A stretch of DNA of 64,000 nt from an uncultured Thermoleophilia bacterium (GTDB lineage Bacteria; Actinomycetota; Thermoleophilia; UBA2241). Under the pieces are notes generated by a model. It saw only the letters and a list, made by a program, of their open reading frames with translations. It made no database searches and was not told the DNA's origin. This document shows positions 49,685-60,190 of this stretch, piece by piece. Every line of letters starts with the position of its first letter. Position 1 is the stretch's first letter. Where the stretch lies: contig CAVQSP010000017.1 of the NCBI GenBank assembly GCA_963715985.1, forward strand, positions 128,001-192,000, given 5' to 3'. A program made the translations under genes and the position numbers.

Positions 49685-51460
49685 TCACGCGCGTGTCGCA
49701 CCGCCCGTCGCCGGCAGAGGCCCGAGCTCCCGCACCGCCGTGACCGCGGCCTTGAGCGTGGGGTAGAAGTGGTCGCGGTCGAGGGTCTCGTAGAGCCCGT
49801 AGCGCAGCACACGGTCCTGGAGCCGGCTCCGCAGCTCGGCGAATGCAACGTGGGTCCCGGCGGCGTTGAGCTCGTTGTCCAGCTGCTCGAGCATCTCGGC
49901 CGCCGTCACGTCGATGTCGGTGACGGCCTCGCACTGGAGCACGACCCAGGCCGGCTTGCGTTCTCCCGCGCGAGGCGCCGGACCTGCTGGCGGAACATGC
50001 CGGCGTTGGCGAAGAAGAGGGGCGCCTCCCAGCGGTACACGACGATCTCGGGCAGCTGGCGGGCGTCCGGGTACGTGTCCAGGCTGTGCCAGCCCGGCAC
50101 GTCCTCGACCTCGCCGAGCACGGCGCCGTGGGGCCACCAGCTGCGGCGGAAGAACAGGAAGATGGCGAGGATGACGGCGATGGCGATCCCCCACAACACG
50201 CCGAACAGCACGACCCCGGCAGTGGCCACCAGCGAGAGCGCGAACGCGCTCTTGCGCACGCGCCAGTAGCGGCGCAGGATGCCGAAGTCCATCAGCGAGA
50301 GGGCGGCGACGATGACCACGGCGGCCAGCGTGGTCTGCGGGAGGTCGGCCAGCAGCCCGTTGAGGAACAGCAGGAGCAGCCCGACCAGGCCGGCGCCCAC
50401 GAGGCCGGTGACCTGGCTCTTGGCGCCCGACTGCTCGGCCACCGCGGTGCGCGAGCCGCTCGTCGACACGGCGAAGCCCTGGAAGAACCCGGCGGCGATG
50501 TTGGCGGCGCCCATGCCGATCATCTCCTGGTCGGGGTCGACCTCGTCGCCGCGCCGTGCGGCGAAGCTCGTCGACGTGGCGATGGTGTCGGTGAGGGACA
50601 CGAGCGTGATGCCCACGGCGGCGATGAGCAGCGGCCCTACGTCGCTGAGGCTCGTCCAGGGGAAGGACGGCGTGGGCACGCCCTGGGGCAGCGCGCCCAC
50701 ACGTCTTGACGCCCATCTCGGCGAGCCCGACCACGGCCGACACGATGGTGGCCCCGACGACGGCCACCAGCACCGCGGGCACGCGGCGCGTGAGCCGCGG
50801 CAGTGCGAGCAGCACGGCGAGGCAGGCGACGCCGACGGCCAGCGTCGTCGCGTCGGTCTTGTCGAGGCCCTCGACGAAAGCTCGCACTTCTTCGATGAAG
50901 GTGTCGGCGTCGGTCGAGAAGCCGAACAGCTTCGGCAGCTGGCCGACGATGATGGTGATGCCGAGGCCGTTCATGTAGCCGACCTGGACCTCCTTGGAGA
51001 GCAGGTCGGCGACGAACCCGAGCTTGCCGAGCCCCATGCCGATCTCGATGAGGCCGACGAACAGGGCCAGCATCCCGGCGAGGGCGATGGCGCTCGCCGG
51101 GTCGTCCGCCACCAGCAGCGGCACGATGGCCGCGAAGATCAGCGGCGAGACCGACGAGTCGGGCCCAAGGACGAGCACGCGTGACGGGCCGAAGATGGCG
51201 TAAGCCACCAGACAGGCGATGGTCGTGTAGAGGCCGGTGACCGCAGGCAGACCGGCCAGCTCGGCGTACGCCATCCCCTGCGGGACGAGGATGGCGGCCA
51301 GCACGACGCCGGCCACGAGGTCGGCGCGCAGCCAGCGGCGCTCGTAGGTGCGCACCACGCGCACCCCGGGCACCCAGCGCTCAAGATGCCTGGCCTTGGC
51401 CGGGGTCATCTCACCGTCCGGGGAGGCCGGGACGCTCGCGTCGCCGGCGTCGTGCGTCAC
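49685..51460 (-). CDS. Second SulP-family transporter with STAS domain (frameshifts near 50700 and 49960)
   Basis: 'DLVAGVVLAAILVPQGMAYA', 'GPSRVLVLGPDS', 'STSGSRT', 'EAPLFFANA', 'DIDVTA'. Confidence 0.88.
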   Translation of the reverse strand: MTHDAGDASVPASPDGEMTPAKARHLERWVPGVRVVRTYERRWLRADLVAGVVLAAILVPQGMAYAELAGLPAVTGLYTTIACLVAYAIFGPSRVLVLGPDSSVSPLIFAAIVPLLVADDPASAIALAGMLALFVGLIEIGMGLGKLGFVADLLSKEVQVGYMNGLGITIIVGQLPKLFGFSTDADTFIEEVRAFVEGLDKTDATTLAVGVACLAVLLALPRLTRRVPAVLVAVVGATIVSAVVGLAEMGVKTCGRAAPGRAHAVLPLDEPQRRRAAAHRRRGHHARVPHRHHRHVDELRRTARRRGRPRPGDDRHGRRQHRRRVLPGLRRVDERLAHRGGRAVGRQEPGHRPRGRRPGRAAPAVPQRAAGRPPADHAGRRGHRRRPLADGLRHPAPLLARAQERVRALAGGHCRGRAVRRVVGDRHRRHPRHLPVLPPQLVAPRRRARRGRGRAGLAQPGHVPGRPPAARDRRVPLGGAPLLRQRRHVPPAGPAPRAGERKPAWVVLQCEAVTDIDVTAAEMLEQLDNELNAAGTHVAFAELRSRLQDRVLRYGLYETLDRDHFYPTLKAAVTAVRELGPLPATGGATRA

Positions 51461-51948
51461 GGCGCCGGCTTCTGCCCTGTCAGCGCCTCGAGCTGCGCCT
51501 CCATCGTCGCTGTGCGCTCCAACAGCTGCTGCAGCATCGCCTGCGTCTCCGCCTCGCGTGCGGCCCGCGCCGCCGTGGCCTCGGCGGTGCGCTCATCCTG
51601 GTCGGCGGACACGAACATGGAGGTCACAGTCGCCGTGAAGAAGGAGAGAAAGGTCACGCCGACCACGATGACCACGGAGCCCACCACGCGGCCCCACGCG
51701 GTGTGCGGCACGATGTCGCCGTAGCCCACGGTGGCCAGCGTGACGATCGCCCACCAGATGCCGTCGCCCACCGTTTGGAAGTCCTGGTGGTCGATGATCG
51801 TCACGAGGACCCCGGCGCTGACGCCGATGATCAGTGTCGCGCCGGCGAGATAGCCGAACACGCGCCGGCTGGCGACGGCCTTACCCGACCGGCGCCGGAT
51901 ACGGCCTTCCACACCTTCTTTGCGTCTGCCTCGCCGCTCGTCGCTCAT
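51457..51948 (-). CDS. Two-TM potassium channel (KcsA-like)
   Basis: 'WWAIVTLATVGYGDIVP' selectivity filter. Confidence 0.88.
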   Translation of the reverse strand: MSDERRGRRKEGVEGRIRRRSGKAVASRRVFGYLAGATLIIGVSAGVLVTIIDHQDFQTVGDGIWWAIVTLATVGYGDIVPHTAWGRVVGSVVIVVGVTFLSFFTATVTSMFVSADQDERTAEATAARAAREAETQAMLQQLLERTATMEAQLEALTGQKPAP

Positions 51949-52000
51949 CTGGTCGTCCTTTGTCCGCGGTCAAGAGGGGTGTCGGGGGCGCGCCGCCGTT

Positions 52001-52678
52001 CTACGTGAACACGTTGACGGCGCGCGCGACCACGAGCCCCAGGAGGGCGAGCGAGATCGACGACTGGGCCATCATGGCGAGCTTGTTCCAGGCACGCAGC
52101 GGCATCGCGTCCGTGGGGCTGAAGGCGGTGGCGCTGGTGAAGCCGAGATAGAGGTAGTCGATGAATCGCGGCCGCCAATCCGCGGGCGCGAGCTCCGGGT
52201 TGAGCTGTTGAGGAAAGGCGAAGTCGGGGTGGGCCGGCAGCCCATGGGCGCGCATCGCCGCGCCGCCGCAGTCGAGCTCCCAGTAGAGCAGACCGAACGA
52301 CAGGCAGTTGGAGATCCAGACGATGCCACCGGCGGCCAGCAGCGTCGCCGCCGAATCGGTGGCCTGCCCCCCGACGATCAGCTGCGCGATCAGCACGCCC
52401 GTGCACCACAGCGTCGTGGCGACGAGCAGCGCGATGAGGGTGATGGAGAGCGCGCGCACCGGGCGCGAGCGCCGGTCGATCTTGCCCGGGTCTCCGATGA
52501 TGACGGCCACGAGCAGGAGAGCCTCGACGATCGGCACTCCCCAGCGCGGCCGCACGACGAGGCTGTTGGGCAGCAGGATCGTCAGCGCGATGATGGCCAC
52601 GACGGCCACGGCCATGGGCCAGCGCGCCTCGCCGACCACGCGCTGCTCGTGTGACTGTGACGGTATCGCCCCGGCCAT
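52001..52678 (-). CDS. DUF1345-like membrane protein
   Basis: 'GEARWP', 'DFAFPQ', 'WRPRFIDYLY..ATAFSPTD'. Confidence 0.8.
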   Translation of the reverse strand: MAGAIPSQSHEQRVVGEARWPMAVAVVAIIALTILLPNSLVVRPRWGVPIVEALLLVAVIIGDPGKIDRRSRPVRALSITLIALLVATTLWCTGVLIAQLIVGGQATDSAATLLAAGGIVWISNCLSFGLLYWELDCGGAAMRAHGLPAHPDFAFPQQLNPELAPADWRPRFIDYLYLGFTSATAFSPTDAMPLRAWNKLAMMAQSSISLALLGLVVARAVNVFT

Positions 52679-52725
52679 GGTCCGCCCCCGCTGCCTCTTG
52701 CCCGTCGCGCCGTCCTGTCAGTATC

Positions 52726-54178
52726 TCAGATGAAGTACGACAACAGCCGCATGAACGAGTTCCGGAAGCGCACGGTCAAGCTCTGCGCGTCGATGTCCAT
52801 GAGCGTGACCTCGCGCGAGACGGCGATGTCCTCCTCGTACAGCCGCTCCTGCCGGTGCGCGACGTCCTCGTCGTACATCCACAGCATGAGCTCCTTGTGC
52901 AGGCGCAGGCTGCGCGTGTCCATGTTCATGGTGCCGATGGCCGTGGCGCGCGAGTCGATGGTGATGGTCTTGGCGTGCAGGAAGCCGGCCTCGTACAGGT
53001 AGATCTTGACGCCGGCCTTGAGCAGCGGCCGGAAGTACGTCCAGGCCGCCCAGAACGGCACCTTCTTGTCGGGCACACCGGTCATCATGAAGCGCACGTC
53101 CACGCCGCTCAGGGCCGCGTTGATCATGGTGTCGTAGAGCCCGACCTCGGGGACGAAGTACGGCGACTGGATCCACACGTGGTGGTCGGCGTTGCCGATG
53201 GCCAGCATGTGGGCGCGGCGCGACGACTGCCAGGGGTCCTCCACGGACTGAGCGATGACCTGGCAGAGCACCCCGCTCTCGCCGCCGTCGGGGGCCGGCG
53301 CCGGGAGGTACTCGTCCGTGAGGACGTCCTCCTTGGTCTGGTCGAACCAGCGCGTCGCGAACAGCGCCTCGAGCTCGCCGACGATCTGGCCGGTGACGCG
53401 CACGTGCGTGTCGCGCCAGCGCTCGAAGCGCTTGCCGCCGTCCACGTACTCCTGGCCCACGTTGAAGCCGCCGGTGTAGCCGATCTCGCCGTCGATGACG
53501 ACGATCTTGCGGTGGTCGCGGTAGTTGAGCCGGGAGATAGAGGACACGTCCTTGGCGACCTTGCCGCCCAGCGGGACGAGCCCCTCGATCTTGGTCTTGT
53601 CCCAGGGCTTGCTGCCCAGGTAGTCGTACAGGAAGCGCACCTGCACGCCGGCCTTGGCGCGCTCGAGGAGAATGTCCGTGAGCGCGTTGGTGAGCTCGTC
53701 GTCCTCCCAGATGAAGTACTGCACGTGGATGAAGCGCTGCGCCGCTGCCATGTCCTGCTTGAGGCGGCTGAACTTCTCCTCGCCGGTGGGGAAGATCTCG
53801 GCGCTGTCGGCCGTCACGACGCCGAGCCCGTCCTCGCGGGCCATGGTGTCGGCGAGACGCTCGATGAACGTGCCGCCGTTGATCTGCCGGAAGCGCCGGT
53901 CCGCGGCCGCGTTGCGCGCCCAGAACGGCCGCAGCGTCGCGTACACCTTCGCCAGGTAGTCCTGCATCCACTTCTTCTTCTCGGTGATGGTGGCCCAGTC
54001 ACGGCCGGCGATGAAGTAGAAGATCATGCCGAGCACCGGCACAAGGAGGAGGGCGAACGCCCAGGCGAGCGTGTCGCCCGGGCTCGCGGTTCTCCATGAT
54101 GAGCGTGACCATGACGTACGCCCACAGCACGAGGTACGGGACCCAGATCCACCACGGGAGCAGCCCGAGGAACTGCAT
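52726..54178 (-). CDS. cls: Cardiolipin synthase (frameshift near 54085)
   Basis: Two HKD motifs, 'RDHRKIVVID' and 'LHAKTITID'; 'QSPYFVP'; N-terminal TM/PLDc_N region. Confidence 0.9.
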
Positions 54179-54281
54179 GCTGACCTCACTCTCTCGCGGC
54201 CTGCGTCGATCCCTCGCGCATGGCCTGATGTCGGATGTTCAGTGACCGAACGGTCACGGAAGGATACAGCACCCGGCAGAG

Positions 54282-54965
54282 TCAGTCCGAGCCGCGCGAC
54301 CTCTGCCGGCGCGTGGCACTGCCCTTTGAGGGATCTTGCGTGCGGCGATCGCGGATCCCGTCCCAGATGAGGCCGTCCACCTCCAGCGCCGCCTGCTCGC
54401 TGGTGAGCCCGCTGGCCCTGAGGATGCGCTCGTCGCGGATCAAGCGCGCGATCTGCCGGAGGATCTCCGCCAGAAAGCGCGTGTTCATCGGCCTGATCTC
54501 GCCGGCCGCGACGGCGTCGTCGAGCAGTTCCACGAACCGCTTCACGAAGCGGTCGGCGATGGCCTCGTACGCCACCCGCGTCGACTCGAAGCGATCGACG
54601 TCGCCGCGAAACGCCAGGGACATGGGTCGCAGGGCTTCCGCGGCGCCCAGGAAGTACTGGCGCGCCCGCTCCGAGGGGGTCTTGCCCCCGCGGGCGCGCT
54701 CCTCCAGCATCTCCAGCGTGACCTCGCCCCAGCGGCCGATGGCGAGCACCATCAGGCTGTCCTTGCTGGACGCGATCTTGTAGAGCGACGACTCCGAGCA
54801 GTGCAGTTCGCGCGCCATCTCGGCGGTCTTCACGTCCGAGAAGCCGCGCGCCGAGATGATCTCCATGACGCCGTCGAGCAACTCCTCGCGCCGTCCGTTG
54901 TCGAGTCGTCGTCGCACGTTGAGGCCCCCGCGAGTCGTCTCCGCTGAGTCACGGTCTCCGTGCAT
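54282..54965 (-). CDS. TetR-family regulator (true start possibly GTG 54917)
   Basis: HTH 'GFSDVKTAEMARELHCSESSLYKIASSKDSL'. Confidence 0.85.
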   Translation of the reverse strand: MHGDRDSAETTRGGLNVRRRLDNGRREELLDGVMEIISARGFSDVKTAEMARELHCSESSLYKIASSKDSLMVLAIGRWGEVTLEMLEERARGGKTPSERARQYFLGAAEALRPMSLAFRGDVDRFESTRVAYEAIADRFVKRFVELLDDAVAAGEIRPMNTRFLAEILRQIARLIRDERILRASGLTSEQAALEVDGLIWDGIRDRRTQDPSKGSATRRQRSRGSD

Positions 54966-55012
54966 TCTAGGGCTTGCGGGACCGCCGTTGTGCGTCTACT
55001 GTACGTAGCATG

Positions 55013-55045
55013 AAGAGTAGTGAACTACCGTATTGTACTACTCTT
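55013..55045. promoter_or_regulatory. Inverted repeat, probable TetR operator
   Basis: aagagtagt-N15-actactctt in an AT-rich divergent intergenic region. Confidence 0.65.
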
Positions 55046-55084
55046 AGTGCAGTGTTCAAGGGAATGCGTGACACGGAGGATGCC

Positions 55085-55473
55085 ATGTCGAAGTCAGTCG
55101 CCGAGCTCATCGCCGAGGCCAATGCGCAGGTCGAGAGCGTCTCGCCGAACGAAGCTGCCGACGAGGCGGCTGCGGGCAAGGCCGTGCTCCTCGACGTCCG
55201 CGAGCCGGTGGAGTGGGAGCACCACATCGCCGGCGCCGTCCAGGTCCCCAGGGGCCTGCTCGAGTTCGCCGCCGACCCCGCCAGCCCCCGTACAAGGAGG
55301 AGCTGGACCCTGCCGGCCGGGTGATCGTGTACTGCCGGTCCGGCGCGCGAGCCGCCCTCGCCTGCGCCACGCTCAAGACGCTGGGCTACCAGAACGTGGC
55401 CAACATGGCGGGCGGCATCGGCGCCTGGAAAGAGGCCGGCCTGCCGGTCGACGAGCACCACGACGGGTTCTGA
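55085..55473 (+). CDS. Single-domain rhodanese sulfurtransferase (frameshift near 55288)
   Basis: 'LLDVREPVEW..HIAGA', active-site loop 'YCRSGAR', 'GGIGAW'. Confidence 0.85.
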
Positions 55474-55502
55474 GCATACCGCACGTCTGAAAGGACTCCG
55501 CA

Positions 55503-56675
55503 ATGGCCCCAGAAGAGAAGAAGGTCGACCTCAGCACCGTGCCGCTCGCGTGGGACGAGGTCTACTACACCAACTGCCCGCTCGTCTCCGCCAGCAACGT
55601 CGATCAGGAGCTGGGCTGGACCCGCGAGGAGTACAAGAAGATCGGCGTCAAGTACGCCTTCCTGCGCTCCGTCCGTGAGAACAACTGGTACCCGCATTAC
55701 ATCCATAACCTCGACAACCTCTTCCGCTTCGGCGGCCTGTTCCCGCCCGTCGCGGTGCACGCGGACCGTCGCAGGACCAGGCTCCTCGGGGCGACGCATG
55801 CGCCTCACGAGGGTGGCTGCCTGCTGGTACGCGCCAGGGACGACATCTACCGGGTGTCGGAGCTGAAGGGCAAGAAGATCGGCCTCACGAAGAGCCTGAA
55901 CACCATCAAGAACGACTGGTGGCGGATCCAGGAGCACCAGGGCATCGAGCTCATGCTCAGGGTCAACGGTATGACGATGAACGACGTCGAGATCGTGGAG
56001 TTCCCGTATCCCGACGACTGGTACGACAATCCGGCGATGCTTGAGCCGATGGAGAACCCGTCCGAGCTGTGGCTCAAGCGCGACCACAAGCACGACCTCG
56101 CCTTCCGTCCGCTGGAGACGGGGCTGGAGAAGGGCGTCGTCGACGCGATCTACACGCAGAGCAAGCCCTTCCAGCATCTGCAGGAGGCGACCGGCAAGTT
56201 CAAGGCCATCGAGGATCTGTCCCGGTATCCCGACTGGACCCTGCAGGTCGCCAACATCCCCGCCGTCATCACCTGCACCGACGTGATGGCCGAGGAGCAC
56301 CCCGAGCTCGTGGTCACGTTCATGAAGGGCATGATCAAAGTGGGGCGCTGGGCCAACGAGCACAAGCACGCAGCCGCGGCGATCCTCGACAAGCAGACCT
56401 TCTACCTGGACGTCGAGGACACCTACCAGGGCATCAAGCACATCGACATGGTGCCCAACCTCTCGCCGCAGAACCTGGCCTCCATCGAGATCGGCAAGGA
56501 CTTCATGGTGAGCCACGGGTACATCAAGAACGACTTCGACGTGCACGAATGGGCGGCGCCGGAGTTCTTCGAGCAGGCGGCGGAAGAGCTTCTGAAGGAA
56601 GAGTGGGCGAAGCGGAGCTCGGCCAAGCTTCCGGAGGCGACAGAGCTGCAGGTGTCCACGACGCGGCTCGGGTAG
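55503..56675 (+). CDS. DszB (aryl-sulfinate desulfinase)-like protein, periplasmic-binding-protein fold, no signal peptide
   Basis: 'YTNCP', 'PHY', 'RFGGLFPP', 'RTRLLG' parallel DszB 'YSNCP/VHF/RFGGEIPP/RTRLLG' (recalled sequence). Confidence 0.75.
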   Translation: MAPEEKKVDLSTVPLAWDEVYYTNCPLVSASNVDQELGWTREEYKKIGVKYAFLRSVRENNWYPHYIHNLDNLFRFGGLFPPVAVHADRRRTRLLGATHAPHEGGCLLVRARDDIYRVSELKGKKIGLTKSLNTIKNDWWRIQEHQGIELMLRVNGMTMNDVEIVEFPYPDDWYDNPAMLEPMENPSELWLKRDHKHDLAFRPLETGLEKGVVDAIYTQSKPFQHLQEATGKFKAIEDLSRYPDWTLQVANIPAVITCTDVMAEEHPELVVTFMKGMIKVGRWANEHKHAAAAILDKQTFYLDVEDTYQGIKHIDMVPNLSPQNLASIEIGKDFMVSHGYIKNDFDVHEWAAPEFFEQAAEELLKEEWAKRSSAKLPEATELQVSTTRLG

Positions 56676-56806
56676 AAGCGAGCCCGCTCTCCCGTTGCAT
56701 GCCGTCGTGACCAGCTGGTAACGTCCCCGTACCGTCTCGGGCTGAGACGCGGGCGACGGGGCCGGTCGGCCGACATTCAGCCGCATACCTCCAGAACGGA
56801 GAGACC

Positions 56807-57097
56807 ATGTGTTGTTTCGTCACCGTGTTCGTCCTGCTGGGTCCACGTGCCGGCGTCGTCGTGTGGTGGATCCTCGACCCCGTCCGGTGGGACCTGGCGT
56901 TCAGCAGCTGGCTCTGGCCGGTCATCGGCTTCTTCATCGCGCCGTGGACCACGATGGCCTGGGTGGCCGTGGCACCGGGCGGCGTGACGGGGATCGACTG
57001 GCTCTGGATAGGGCTGGCCGTCTTCCTCGACGTCGCCTTCTGGGGCGGCGGCGCCTACGGCAACCGCGGCCGCGTGTCGGGCTCGCAGGCCGCGTGA
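56807..57097 (+). CDS. Small Trp-rich membrane protein
   Basis: GGAGAG RBS; 'MCCF..LLGPR..WW', 'PWTT', three TM segments. Confidence 0.75.
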   Translation: MCCFVTVFVLLGPRAGVVVWWILDPVRWDLAFSSWLWPVIGFFIAPWTTMAWVAVAPGGVTGIDWLWIGLAVFLDVAFWGGGAYGNRGRVSGSQAA

Positions 57098-57140
57098 GAA
57101 GCGCCGTAGACAGGCGATGTTCAGCGAGGAGAAGGCACTG

Positions 57141-57607
57141 ATGAAGCTAGGCAGTGTTGATGAGCTGGGGCCGATCGACTACCTGGTCGTGGAGTTCCCC
57201 AGGGAGCGCGCGAACTTCTCGGGAGAGGTGAAGGAAGAGCTGGCGGCGCTCATCGAGTCCGGCCAGATCGGGTTCTCGACCTGCTCTTCATGAAGAAGCA
57301 CGCGGACGGCTCCTTTGAGGGCTTCGAGAAGCACGAGTTCGAGGACGGCCAGGCCGACGCCCTGCGCGAGTTGGCCGGCGAGGTCTCGGAGCTGCTCAGC
57401 GAGGAGGACGTCGCCAACATCGCGGAGGCGCTCGAGCCTGAGACCATCGCCGCCGTGCTGGTGTGGGAGAACACCTGGGCGGCGCCGTTCGCCGGTGCGC
57501 TCCGCCGCGCCGGAGGCCAGCTGGTGGCGAGCGGCCGCATCCCCATCCAGAGCATCCTCGCCGCGCTCGACCCGGACGCGGACGCAGCGCAGACGGAAGG
57601 AGCCTGA
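57141..57607 (+). CDS. DUF6325-family protein (frameshift near 57270)
   Basis: 'LGPIDYLVVEFP', 'LVWENTWAAPF', 'GGQLVASGRIP'. Confidence 0.8.
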
Positions 57608-57608
57608 C

Positions 57609-57806
57609 ATGCCACTGGGCAGAGGACGTGTGGGGCGGCCGGCCGTGATCGGACATCCGGTCGCGCGCACGGCCGCCGTGGTCGCCGTGGCCACGCCCGG
57701 CCGCGGTGCGCCCGGGCCGGGCGTGAGGCCGGGCCGGGGCGTAGGCGCGCCGGGGATAGGCGTCAGGCCGGGCCCGGGACCGGGAGGACTCGGCCCCGGC
57801 CGGTGA
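57609..57806 (+). CDS. Small Gly/Pro-rich protein with 'VARTAAV' N-terminal motif
   Basis: AAGGAG RBS directly after DUF6325; repeats 'PG(P/I)GVRPG'. Confidence 0.55.
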   Translation: MPLGRGRVGRPAVIGHPVARTAAVVAVATPGRGAPGPGVRPGRGVGAPGIGVRPGPGPGGLGPGR

Positions 57807-57855
57807 GGCCGTCGCAGGGCGGCTCCGGCCGCCCGGAAGGCGTGGACCTGGATAT

Positions 57856-57891
57856 CGCGGGGGTGAGGGTCATGTGGCCCTCACCCCCGTG
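57856..57891 (+). terminator. Stem-loop
   Basis: cgcgggggtgagggtc-atgt-ggccctcacccccgtg. Confidence 0.5.
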
Positions 57892-57980
57892 GCGTTCGTC
57901 CCTTCATGCCTGTGTGCCGGCAGGGGAGTCGCTGCCGGGGGTGAAGTACCTCGCGAGACTGGCCTGACCTGAGGAGAACG

Positions 57981-58802
57981 ATGGCGACACCCAAAGCGTC
58001 GGCGAACCCCAGGTTGAGCAACTCCTACGAGCTGTTCATCCTGCTGCTCACCATCCTGTCGCTACTGGACATGGTGGCGCTGCTGTGGCCGCGGCTGGCG
58101 CCCGCGACCGTCCAGCTGCTCGAGATCTACGACCTGGTGATGTGCCTCGTGTTCCTGTTCGACTTCGGACTGCGCCTCAAGCGTGCCTCCTCGGCCCGCG
58201 CCTACTTCCTCCGCGGACGCGGTTGGCTCGACCTGTTGGGCTCCATTCCGAGTTTCGGCGTGCTGCGGATCACGACCCTGCTGCGGCTCGCCCGCCTCAG
58301 CCGCCTCTTCCGCGTCGTCAGCCTGTTCAGGAGCCAGGGCGGGGGCGGGCTGGCCAAAGACGTGCTCGCCAACCGCGGCCAGTACGCCGCCTTCATCACC
58401 CTGATCATGGCGATGACCGTGCTGACTGTGACGAGCGTGCTGATGGTGCAGACGGAGAGCAGGGTGGCCGACGCCAACATCACCACCGGCGGCGACGCGC
58501 TCTGGTGGGCGATCGTGACCATCACGACCGTGGGCTACGGCGACCAGTACCCGGTCACGGCCTTCGGTCGGGTGCTCGGGGCCTTCGTGATGTTCGCCGG
58601 CGTGGGGATCATCGGCGCGCTGGCCAGCATCCTTGCCAGCGTCCTCATCCCCGCGCCCAAGCAGCAGGCCGATCCCGCAGCGGAGATCGGCGCGCTCAAG
58701 GCCGAACTGGCCGCCATGCACGGCGAGCTCACCGCGATCCACGAGCTCCTGGCCCGCGGCTCGGAGACCGGAGAGGCTCAGCCTCGGGCCTCCGGTGTAT
58801 GA
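57981..58802 (+). CDS. Six-TM voltage-gated-type potassium channel
   Basis: S4 'LRITTLLRLARLSRLFRV'; pore 'WWAIVTITTVGYGD'. Confidence 0.9.
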   Translation: MATPKASANPRLSNSYELFILLLTILSLLDMVALLWPRLAPATVQLLEIYDLVMCLVFLFDFGLRLKRASSARAYFLRGRGWLDLLGSIPSFGVLRITTLLRLARLSRLFRVVSLFRSQGGGGLAKDVLANRGQYAAFITLIMAMTVLTVTSVLMVQTESRVADANITTGGDALWWAIVTITTVGYGDQYPVTAFGRVLGAFVMFAGVGIIGALASILASVLIPAPKQQADPAAEIGALKAELAAMHGELTAIHELLARGSETGEAQPRASGV

Positions 58803-58829
58803 TCCTGTGGAGCTGACTGCGAGGGACCG

Positions 58830-60133
58830 ATGGTAGCGCTGGCCGTCATCCTCGTGATCATCATCGCGTGGAGCACGTTCTCGCGACCGCTCGACCGGCG
58901 CGGCATCACCTCGGCCATGGTGTTTGTGGTGGCGGGCTTCATCGTCGGCACGTCGGCGCTCGGCTGGCTCGACGTGTCTCTGGAGAGCGAGACGGCCCAG
59001 CGGATCACGGAGGTGGCGCTCGTCCTCCTGCTCTTCAGCGACGCTTCCCGGCTGGACCTGCGGGCACTGCGTCGCGAGCTCACCTTGCCGACCCGCCTCC
59101 TGCTGATCGGACTGCCCCTCACGTTGCTCGCCGGGACCGGTGTCGGCGTGCTCGTCTTCCCCGGCATGGCCCTCGCCTCAGTGTTCCTGCTCTCGACGAT
59201 GCTGTGCTCGACCGACGCGGCCCTCGGCCAGAAGGTCGTGACCGACACCGGGTGCCCGCACGCGTGCGGCAGGCGCTCGACGTGGAGAGTGGGCTCAACG
59301 ACGGCCTCGCCGTGCCGTTCTTCCTCGTGGCGCTCGACCTCGCCAACGCCGAGCTCACGACGGGGATCACGGGGGCGGTGATCAGCAACGCGGCCGCCCA
59401 GATCGGCTGGGGTCTGGCGGCGGGCGTCGTCGCGGGCCTGCTGGGGGCGCTCGCCTTCCGCCTCGCGGACAAGCGCGGCTGGATCGGCAGCGAATGGCGG
59501 CAGATCGTGCCGCTGGCCGCCGCGCTGCTCGCCTACGCTCTCGCGCTGACGCTCGGCGGCAGCGGCTTCATCGCCGCCTTCGTCGGCGGCATGGTCTTCG
59601 CGGCGGTCTCAGGCCAGCCGGGAACGGCCGTGACGCTGCTCACGGAGGAGACGGGAGGCGTGCTCGCCGCCGTCACCTGGATCGGCTTCGGCGCCCTCAC
59701 GCTCGGCCTCGTCCTTCCGCACGTCACGTGGCAGATCGTCCTCTATGCGGTGCTCAGTCTGACGCTGGTGCGCATGGTCCCCGTGGCGATCGCCCTGCTG
59801 CGCAGCGGAGTCCGCCGGCCCACCGTGGCCTTCATCGGCTGGTTCGGGCCACGCGGCCTCGCCTCGGTCGTCTTCGCGCTCATCGTCCTCGAGAGAGGCG
59901 TGCCCGAGATGCAGACGTTGCTCACCGCCGTCGCCGTCACCGTGGCCTTGAGCGTCGTGCTCCACGGTCTCAGCTCGGTGCCCTTGGTGCGCGTCTATCA
60001 TCGCTGGTACGAGGCGCACACCGACGTGCACCCGGCGGCGGCCGAGGCGGCGCCGGCGACCATGCCGCGCCAGCGGCGCCACCTGCCGGCCGCCGACCTC
60101 CTGCGGCCCGGAGAGCGCGAGGGCGCCGGATGA
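58830..60133 (+). CDS. CPA1 cation:proton antiporter (frameshift near 59252)
   Basis: 'LLFSDA', 'STDAALG', 'VESGLNDG', 'GWFGPRGLAS'. Confidence 0.88.
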
Positions 60134-60190
60134 GACAGCGTGACAAGACATGCAGACGGCTGAGACTCGGAGAGTGAGCAGGGAGGCACC

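Noticed and set aside
55503-56675. Ordinary SsuA/TauA ABC substrate-binding protein
   Set aside because: No signal or lipoprotein peptide, no transporter genes adjacent, and DszB-type catalytic residues are present.
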